Shown in pieces: positions 56,212-64,000 of a DNA stretch of 64,000 bases (position 1 is the first letter of the stretch; each line of letters starts with the position of its first letter). A program made the translations under genes and the position numbers. The stretch covers positions 199,640,001-199,704,000 of the forward strand of contig OZ024740.1 in assembly GCA_964016885.1 (NCBI GenBank), written 5' to 3'. The notes under the pieces were generated by a model. The model saw nothing but the letters and a program-made list of their open reading frames with translations, did no database searches and was not told the DNA's origin. Source of the stretch: Eledone cirrhosa. Its lineage: Eukaryota.

Positions 56212-58516
56212 TCTGTTATGTCCAATCTGTATTGTTATTCCAACCTATGTACACAATAGTGTCTATTATTCACTTCACTTCTCTATTTCATGATGCGCTT
56301 TTACTGTTGTAAAAAAAAAAAAAACCTAGACTGGATTTCTGTTGTTACATGGGATAACGGATGACACCGAGCTTATATATTAATTATTTCGCTGGAATAG
56401 TGCCTAAGGTTTTCATATTTACATAAAGTACGTTTTTCTTCTATGTATTCAAATTTACTTTGTTTAGTTTAATGAGATACATCGAAAGCTATATGAACCG
56501 TCGAAAGGACCGGTAGTTTTGCTAGTATATATATGTATAGAGAGAGAGACAGGGTGGGAGAGACAGACAAACAGAGAGGGGGAAAGAGAGAAATATAGAG
56601 AAATATAGAGAGAAAGTGGGGAAGTGTGAAAGAGAGAGATTTTATTCAGTGTAGCTAGCTAATGGATGCACTGTTTGAGAGCAATTGATTGCAAATTGTC
56701 TGAACCGTTGGGCTTGTTTTTCTAGAGTAAAATGTATTATTCTAACGATGGAATGTATCTAAGTGTAGTTGTGAAAGCTATGGAGTGAACGAGGAGGAGT
56801 TATCTAACGCTTGCAGTGTGTAATTGGATGGAAATAGAGTACAAAATGCAGATGTTTTCTCTGTGGATCTACTATTCACAAGGTACCCCTGGTTGTGACG
56901 TTAAAGGATGGTTACGCAAAGTTGATATAATAAGTTTGGCATTAACTCAAATGTTTCCTAAGTGAGAAAGCTCCTAGGCAGTACGATGCACGGTGGAAAT
57001 CGTCGCAGTTATGATAATAATCTTACAAGAATTGAGTGTATGTGCGAAGGAAGTTATGAAGGTGGTGGTGCAGTAAAGTATGTGTGGAGGGTAATCATAA
57101 AAAGGCAGTGATCGGATGACACCGTAGAAGCAGAAATAGTTATGATCTGGCAAAGGTCAAGTTTGGAATTAAGTTAAGAGTCTTTAGGACGTCTATATGT
57201 TAGTGAGGCATTCGTGTAGTGAATGAAAGCTGTTTTTGTAGAGAATGTCTGCGATGATTGTGAAGGTCAAAAAGAGTTGTTAAAATTGAATTTATAAAGG
57301 ACGCCGAAATCAGAGAATGCTGTATCGAAATAGTTCTCTTGATGTAGGAAACCATAAACGATTTCGTGATTTAGTGTCCTCTAAACGAGGAAGGAATAGC
57401 GTTTGAAAGGAGAATATATCCTGGTCTACAGAGATAGACGAAGCAATTGAGATATATGTGTTTAGGAGAGAACTAGGCTGTGTGGCTTTTTTGACAGTAA
57501 GAGCTGGTATCATATTGCTAAGTTACAATCCACATATATTTGTGAAGACGAGCTAAAATAATTGTCCAACATGTTTACGTTTAGTTATTTTTGGCATATA
57601 AGTACGCGTAGAAATTGACAGCGTGTCATAGTTTTAGGATAACGTCCCATCTCCGTGTATATATATATGTGTGTGTGTTTGTGTATTATCTGTTTCGCTT
57701 TCTTGCTACATAGCTTAAAGAATACTTACGCAAATTGCTATTTGCATAGAAGAGCGCTATACGACAGGGCTATAAGAACACATTTTATCTGTACTTCAGA
57801 ACAAAAGTGTGTTGATATATAGCGCTGTTGTATTTGACAAATTGTTCACATATCACTCCATACTCAAATAAATATATTTAATACTACAAAATTTTGTCTA
57901 GAATATATGTCAGGATGAGATCAATCATATATTTTGCCAAAAGCAATTAATAATTAAAAGAGTTCAGTTAATGTACACTTTCATCCATTACACAACATTG
58001 CAAATACACGTTTCGCTTCTTTAATATTATTTGATTGATCTCTGAGTAAATAATTGCTTCCACTTTGGCTCAAGGCCAGTAATTTGAAGGGATGTGCAAA
58101 GCCCGAAAATCAATCCGAGCGCGTTACTGGTACTTATTTTATCGACCACGAAATGATAAAAGACAATGCTAACTTTTTCCGGATGTGAACGCAGAACGTG
58201 GCTGTAACTACATGCCGCAAAGTATATTGTCGGAGGTTCTCCTGATACTGCCAATCTACCAAACTCATAAATGAACAAATAACATAAATAACATATATCA
58301 TTGCCATAAATCATTATATATTAACAGTTGGTACGAGGAATGTTAATGAATGGTTTGTAGGTTGAGGAAATATATCACGAAATATATACATATAAATGTC
58401 GGCAAGCTATTTAAAATTACAATTAGAATATGGAAACAGACTCTCAAATAAACATTTTTGTGCATATTCTACTCTGCATGCTTGGAAGAGTTTATGTGTG
58501 TTTGTGATATTGCGTG

Positions 58517-58568
<52 letters not shown>

Positions 58569-59091
58569 TGTGAGTGTGGACGTGCTGTTCAGGCCGGATC
58601 AGCTCTGGTCAAGCAGACATGATACCCAAGATAACCAAGACATTTTCTCAGGAATAGTTAAAAAAATACGATATACTAAAATGGTTGATAATTCTATTTA
58701 GGACGCGAAATATTGTAGTCATTATGATTTATAAATATATTCACACATATTTATATTTAATATATAACAAATATTTAGAGGTTAATAGTACGAGTTAACA
58801 TGACCACAGCTCACATCCTACATGCCAGTCATATCTAACAGCAAAATAATAGCTAATGCTTTCAAAATATTTAGAAATACGTTATTAGGTAATCATGTAT
58901 TCAATATAGCTAGGTATTTGAAAATATTAAATAAGCCGAAGCGTCACGGGTGTATATTTATTTTTTATGAATTATTTTTTAAAGATTTCCCCTTAAAAAA
59001 TTGTTTTTCGGTCTGTTTTTTTTCTGTGAGTTGTCTTGTTCTTTCTTTGTTAATTTCTACACACACACACACAGATACACACACGCGCGCG

Positions 59092-59146
<55 letters not shown>

Positions 59147-60444
59147 AGAGAGAGAGAGAGAGAGAGACCTTATTTAAGTCAGGGGATAACCAGAGTTAAA
59201 AGGTTACTTAATACATTAGTAAATTGTAGACATCATACGAATGAAACGGCTCTTTTCTCCTAGAAGTAATTTCTATATTAGATAACTAGCGGAATGACCC
59301 GGCGTGTCCAAATGAATAAAGTGTTGTTGTTGCTTCCAACTCGTGAGCAACTAACATAGATTTGACCGTGGGAGAAACATATAGTAGAGAGATCAAGTGC
59401 AAGTTCCTTGAGGGATTGACCCTGGGATTTGTTAATTGGAATAACAAAAGTAGTTTCATTGGAAACTGAAGGCTCTTAAATTCAAATGGAACAGCTGTAG
59501 TTATGAGAGGAATTTTTAGAATAAAGACAAATTTTTCAATATTGTAAACAAATAAGTTTCAACATCCCCCCAATATATATATTAATTATTATTTTTGTGT
59601 GCAGTGTAAATTAACCAAGTATAAGCAAATTAACCAAATATACGCAAATGTATTAACTGCTAATTTAAAGGTCTGAGATATAAATATAAACGAACAGGCA
59701 TACATACACTCACAGAAACATACACTTATAAAGACACGCACATACATACACAGAGTTTCCCTCCAGGAACAGATACACATACACTCACACAAACTTATAA
59801 AAAACACAGAGAGACATACATTTATACAGCGTTTCATTTTGTCAGTCGTCACAGAAAGGTATGTATACTCACACACACACATAAACTCTCACATATATAC
59901 TTGTCAGTCATCTCATGTGTAGATGCGTGTGTGTTTTTAAATTCACTATGTATCTGATTAAGTATTTACGTGAAGATTCTAAGGCCTAACGTATGTAACC
60001 AACGCGTAAACACAGACAGACACATACACACACATATACAAAATGTGACGCCATCGTCGTAGTGTTATAAAACATCTGTTTATTATACTTTACTATAGTA
60101 GTTTTAGATACAATGTAATATTGTTTTAATCCAAATGAATATCTAGATTACATGTTCTTAATCCCGACGTCTAATACTTGGTAAAATTTGATTTGAATTG
60201 GTCGAGCCATTTGAGAATGCATAAGAAAAAGATAGACAGAGAGATAAGCAGACGGAGGGACAGACTACCAGACAGACAAATAATTTTATATACAGCGACA
60301 TGATATTTATAAATATCTATATTTAAGGCGGGTGATGTAATCGACAAGTTATCTCTTGTATGGAAATATAGACTTAGGCTTCCATAAAATATGAACATAC
60401 CCTGTTACATGCATTTTATTGTATAGCTGATCAACCCGTACACT

Positions 60445-60760
60445 TTTCACAACTGGAAAGATAATTAGATGGAGCTGCCAATCGCATGCTAAGAGTGGCT
60501 TTGAATGGCATTTGGGGAGAACTTCTGATCAAAGAGCGACTGTCTGGGAATCATCGTCCAGTATCAAACATCATCAATGAGCGTAGAGTCAAATTAGCAA
60601 GTCATTGCTGGAAAGCTAAAGAAAAATGTGTGAGGTTCGTTTGTGGCAGCCTACATGAGAAACAGCTACGAAAGGACGACAGGCCAAACCTATAGCTGGT
60701 AAATGTGTTACGAGAAGAATGCAATACCTGTGACATCCCTAATATGGTGAACATTAGAAT
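60445..60760 (+). mobile_element. RTE-clade LINE 3' fragment
   Basis: LDGAANRMLRVALNGIWGE..PVSNIINERRVKLASHCWK matches the RTE C-terminal motif (RRLxxxGHxxR). Confidence 0.7.
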
Positions 60761-60934
60761 CAGATAGCGACAGTGCGTCCTATTGTCACCCCCCCCCCCC
60801 CCCCACACACACACACCCGCACACGCATATATATATATATATATATATTACACGTACCGCACACTCAGGCATGGAAAGGTATGCTCCGACGTACGCCAAT
60901 GTTCCAAACGCATACATTGATATTGGAAATATAA

Positions 60935-61120
60935 TTGTTTCTACTTTTGGCACAAGGCCAGCAATTACCCAGTGCATTACTGGTACTTTATTTTATCGAC
61001 CCCGTAAGGATGAAAGGCAAAGTCAACCTCGGCGGGATTTGAACTCAGATCGTAAAGGGACGTAACTATGCTGGAAAGCATGGCGTCCGACCCTCTACCG
61101 ATACTGCCAATCCACCGCCC
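60935..61120 (-). mobile_element. Young tRNA-derived SINE with 17-bp TSD
   Basis: TSD GATATTGGAAATATAAT at 60919-60935 and 61124-61140; nearly identical to 38831-39015. Confidence 0.95.
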
Positions 61121-61159
61121 TACGATATTGGAAATATAATGAAACTAAAACATATTAGT

Positions 61160-61192
<33 letters not shown>

Positions 61193-61227
61193 TATAACAA
61201 ATATAACATATATAACTTATATATATG

Positions 61228-61258
<31 letters not shown>

Positions 61259-61679
61259 TATATATATAATATATATATATGTATGTGTGTGTGTTTGTGG
61301 GTGGGTAAGAAGTAAACAGAAATAACAACACAATCATAAGACAGACAACTACATATATAAGTATATGTGTATAATTATCAGGTATTGTATTTAGAAAAAC
61401 AAATCAAAAATAATCTCCTGTATTTCGATATATTTTTCCTAAGGTATGTAGAAATATTTAGGATTCCTTCCGAAATAATTTCCATCTACAAACTTCGGCA
61501 TAATACAGAACCTACATAAAGAAATGACAGGATTGTATATTGATTTATATTTTAGTTCTATTATATATTTAGAAAACTAACCATTAATGCAGCCTGGAAG
61601 CCCAAATCATTAAACGTAGGTTTCCGAATTTAAGGCCTCTATATACGTATGTATGATTGTATGTATGCATGTAAGAATA

Positions 61680-62053
<374 letters not shown>

Positions 62054-62946
62054 GGTATAGAAATAGAAAATACATATGTGTACAATTTGTAAAATAATCT
62101 ATAATGTCAGGGCAATATCTGCTTCCTTTTTGTAATTATTTCTATATATAGCCTCTATGAATTAGTGGTATGTATGCTCTGTTCTACAATACGGTGTATC
62201 TTACATTTACATTGAGGTAAATTACCTTTCTTATCTAAGCCACACCGAGAAAGTTATGTCTCGTAATTGCTTGTTACCTCTATGCAACGCACTGATGTAT
62301 ATATATAGAGAGAGAGAAAGAGACAGATATAGTTGCATATGTGTGTCTGTGTTTTGTGTCTGTTTATCTGGGTCTGTGTGTATGTGTGTGTGTATATATC
62401 TGTTTCAGTTATCAATGACTATCGATAAGTTATGTTTTGGGTATCTATTTCTTCTGTTTTTTCTGCTCTTATTCTCTTTATTCCATTTTGTCTTTCTCTC
62501 ATACAGGACGAAGAACAAACACCTATTGGTGAGGTCACAGAATGTGTGATAAAAGAGCTGTGACAAAATAATCAATAATCACTAACTAATAATAATAATA
62601 AGTCTGTTTAAATGGCAAAAGTGGCAATCTTTTCCTATTTACCTTCTGAGAGCGTCGTGGAGGGAGATTTCCTGAAACACTTCTTCCAGCGGTTCCTGCC
62701 AAAAGCAACCAGCTCCAACTGATCCGGCTGGATAGCCAAACGAAAACAGTCAATCTAATGGATGTTATCCAACAATCTTGTGCAGGGTCTAACCCTTGGT
62801 CTCGTAAAATCTTTCCAGCGATTATTTCCTAATACATTCTAACAACATGCCCATGATATCAGAGCTGTGATCTCTCAATTCGGAGAAATAGCAGCTCTAC
62901 CCAGGGTGACTCTCTGATCTCCGAGCCACACACTTTATCGAGTAAC

Positions 62947-62977
<31 letters not shown>

Positions 62978-62978
<1 letters not shown>

Positions 62979-64000
62979 ATTAATAAATCAGTACTCCAAT
63001 GTTACTAGGTAGTCGCATTGGATGGAGTCAACCGACGTCGGAGATTGCTCAACGTATAATAAAATATGCTTTAAAATCCGGAGAAAATATAAAGAAGAAG
63101 TTTATGAAACAGAAATGCGGGTATAAAGAATATATTAGGTAACAATTGTTTCTATAGTGTGTGGGTTACCTATACCTCGCTATTTGTATAACATAAACAT
63201 ATTATCATAAATCATAGGTACACTGTAAGAGAACACACCATGTCGTCAGACCTTTATGGTGGAATGATAGGAAAATATTTTATACACTAGATACGAGAGA
63301 AAGTAGGAGGTAGGAAGAGAAGAGGAATAGGGAAGTGAGTAAGGGGTAGGGAGACTTAGAATTCAAGACTGTCAGAGTAGTAGAGATTGTATAGAAGAAA
63401 ATGTTTTGGCAGCAGTTAGCCAAATGAGGCGTATTAGGGTTGGCGGGGGAATAAATTCTTCCAGTGGTGTTGTTTGGGCAAAATTTAGTTAAAGGGGTCA
63501 ATTTAGTACAGAATTACAGACAAGTTATTGGGGCTATTATAGTAGCAGGACATTTCTAAAGGGGTCTAAAAAACAGTGTTTAGTGCTGTTATTATAAAAA
63601 GCCATATCCTGTGTATAAACATATAAAAATATGAAATAAAAATAAAAATAAAAATTTGCAAATAATGGTGTAAAAAGATAACATTACATGCATTTAAAAA
63701 AAGAAAAAGTCGTTTTTAAACGATGGTTACAGTAAAGTGAACGTTCAATTTTGCTGTTCAAAAGTTTGTTTTCCGACGTTAGAATGCAGTATATCTCCAT
63801 ATTGCATAATTTACAAAATCATTGATTTTGCTTATATGCTGGCGCAACAGCAATAATTTGCCATTCAAGGGAGAATGCTTGATTGTTCTTCCGAAGCTGC
63901 CAGGCTTTGTCGGCGAGGGTTGTTACGGAGCGCATTTTCTCATGCTTGATCGAAGATCGATGTTGGTATAGGCGAGCTTTGAAAGATGTTGCGGTACATC
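62978..64000 (-). mobile_element. Penelope-like element 3' end: GIY-YIG C-terminus, pLTR and hammerhead; continues beyond the window
   Basis: Manual translation of 64000-63710: CTATSFKARLYQHRSSIKHEKMRSVTTLADKAWQLR..EWQII..Q*FCKLCNMEIYCIL..LNSKIE..CNHR. Ends at a (TC)n(TA)n tract. Confidence 0.85.
63137..63253 (-). ncRNA. Type I hammerhead with ~90-nt domain II in the Penelope pLTR
   Basis: AGGU-CUGACGA-..-GAAA-CAAUUG-UU-ACCU; palindromic ACAAUUGU. Confidence 0.75.

Larger units (their letters stand above)
50409..56525 (+). mobile_element. Full-length decayed autonomous-type Helitron (~6.1 kb)
   Basis: Probable 5' A|TC at 50409; 3' hairpin ACCGTCGAAAGGACCGGT then CTAG|T at 56522-56526; Rep-helicase coding remnants inside. 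The 5' end is less certain than the 3' end. Confidence 0.9.

Noticed and set aside
56650-57650. Possible ancient CR1/L2 RT remnant on the minus strand (also 49550-50230, and RTE-like 62600-62940)
   Set aside because: Only faint motif resemblance; cannot be supported without a profile search.
62507-62563. Plus-strand acceptor followed by DEEQTPIGEVTECVIKEL*
   Set aside because: A single short candidate exon with no supporting partner exons or homology.

Overview
AT-rich, microsatellite-dense eukaryotic DNA with no intact host gene. The SINE content and (TA)n/(CA)n density suggest an animal, most likely an octopus or other cephalopod (inference). Most ORF-track entries are microsatellite artefacts. 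Recognisable mobile elements: a full-length but decayed ~6.1 kb Helitron (STPR-like repeats, Rep, PIF1 helicase, one GT-AG intron), a short non-autonomous Helitron, two Penelope-like (GIY-YIG) remnants, fragments of R4/Dong, Tx1, CR1-like and RTE LINEs, a hAT-like transposase fragment plus MITE, and more than 10 copies of a tRNA-derived SINE. The main unexplained signal is a dense set of roughly a dozen sequence-unrelated, non-coding fold-back or tandem elements sitting in (TA)n tracts. Nearly all carry a type I hammerhead ribozyme, usually with a self-complementary helix III. Core variants occur (U3-A8 covariant, U4A). One locus is a 310-bp tandem dimer mirrored into a 1.1-kb palindrome with four ribozymes. 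The same ribozyme type lies downstream of a Penelope GIY-YIG ORF at the window end, which points to a Penelope-driven, retrozyme-like system. All structures were folded by eye; nothing was searched or computed.
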